DNA of 46,697 nt from Candidatus Micrarchaeia archaeon. GTDB lineage: Archaea; Micrarchaeota; Micrarchaeia; Burarchaeales; JAVZCV01. Numbering within the stretch: the first letter of the stretch is position 1; every line of letters starts with the position of its first letter. The position numbers were made by a program, and so were the translations under genes. The notes under the pieces are model-generated. The model searched no databases. It worked only from the letters and a program-made list of their open reading frames with translations, and was not told where the DNA came from. Location: positions 1 through 46,697 of the forward strand of contig JAVZCV010000006.1 of the NCBI GenBank assembly GCA_038874215.1, read 5' to 3'. Below, piece by piece: positions 45,872-46,697 of this stretch.

Positions 45872-46588
45872 ATGTATCAGGCTGTTTCTCCACAGGCATA
45901 CGACCGTGCCATTACGGTATTCAGCCCTGATGGCAGGTTGTTTCAGGTGGAGTATGCAAAAGAGGCAGTAAAGCGCGGCGCTACAGCTGTCGGGGTAGTC
46001 TGCACTGACGGCGTTTTGCTCGTAGCATCAAAAAACATAACCTCCTCACTACTCGTACCTGAATCCATGAAGAAGATATTCAAAATTGATGAGCACATAG
46101 CTGCAACGGCATCAGGCCTTATTGCGGATGCACGGAGGCTTGTTGAAATAGCAAGAGTTGAGGCACAGAGGCACAGAGTTGCATACAACGAGCCCATAAC
46201 TGTTGAGTTTCTTGCAAAGCATCTCTCCGATATGATGCAGATATACACACAATACGGGGGAATAAGGCCTTTCGGCGTATCTTTGCTGATAGCTGGAGTT
46301 GACAACATACCTCGGCTTTATGAAGCAGAGCCGAGCGGTGCTCTCACAGGGTATAAAGCAGATGCAATAGGAAACGGAAAAAAAGAGGTTGAGGAGTTCT
46401 TTGAGAAGCACTACAAGGACAACATTGACCATCACGCAGGCATAATACTTGCGCTCAAGGCGCTTAAAGAGGTTACCGACACAGAGCTAAAGCCAACGAT
46501 GATAGACATCGCGGTTCTTTATTCTGCAGACAAGAGGATGAAAGTACTGAGTGATGCAGAAGTCGGCGAATATATCTCAAAAATATAA
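45872..46588 (+). CDS. psmA: Proteasome alpha subunit
   Basis: YDRAITVFSPDGRLFQVEYA, SGLIADAR, TQYGGIRPFGVSLL; ATG at 45872. Confidence 0.98.
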   Translation: MYQAVSPQAYDRAITVFSPDGRLFQVEYAKEAVKRGATAVGVVCTDGVLLVASKNITSSLLVPESMKKIFKIDEHIAATASGLIADARRLVEIARVEAQRHRVAYNEPITVEFLAKHLSDMMQIYTQYGGIRPFGVSLLIAGVDNIPRLYEAEPSGALTGYKADAIGNGKKEVEEFFEKHYKDNIDHHAGIILALKALKEVTDTELKPTMIDIAVLYSADKRMKVLSDAEVGEYISKI

Positions 46589-46598
46589 CGGTCATCAT

Positions 46599-46697
46599 AT
46601 GGTTGACCTTGATAAGGCGATAATCGCAAGGTTAGATGTTAAGGGGGAGCATTTTGAAATATTAGTAGACCCCGACCTTGCGTATATGTACAAGCAG
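46599..46697 (+). CDS. Ribosome maturation factor SBDS/Sdo1 (partial)
   Basis: MVDLDKAIIARLDVKGEHFEILVDPDLAY...; canonical position after psmA; runs off the window. Confidence 0.92.
   Translation, partial: MVDLDKAIIARLDVKGEHFEILVDPDLAYMYKQ

Noticed and set aside
9964-46435. Numerous antisense and alternative-frame ORFs over housekeeping genes
   Set aside because: They are shadows of well-supported genes, with no motifs or RBS support.

Overview
Archaeal chromosomal window. Gene content, GGTG-type RBSs and intron-rich tRNAs suggest a DPANN lineage, probably Micrarchaeota-like (inference). The core is the ribosomal superoperon (rpl3 to rpl15, secY, adk, DUF106, cmk, rpl14e, cbf5, rps13/4/11, rpoD, rpl18e/13, rps9, rpoN, rps2). 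It is flanked by leuS, trm5, scpAB, proS, archease, rpl35ae and the start of the rpl15e-RNase P-proteasome-SBDS operon. Four tRNA genes not shown in the ORF track (Ser-GGA, Leu-GAG, Pro-GGG, Gln-TTG) are all interrupted. They carry seven BHB-type introns, five at non-canonical positions, including a 170-nt structured T-loop intron and a triple-intron tRNA-Pro. An accessory block (about 31-39.4 kb) encodes a candidate small-molecule signalling system: three tandem single-domain KaiC-like ATPases, a V4R ligand-binding protein, a class I terpene-synthase-fold protein and a FAD reductase. Other oddities are an exact 98-bp duplication of the scpB 3' end, a structured rpl3 leader, an Ig-like insertion in the DUF106 insertase and tandem CedA/VirB6-like membrane paralogs. 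All calls come from reading the sequence by eye; no searches or folding programs were run.
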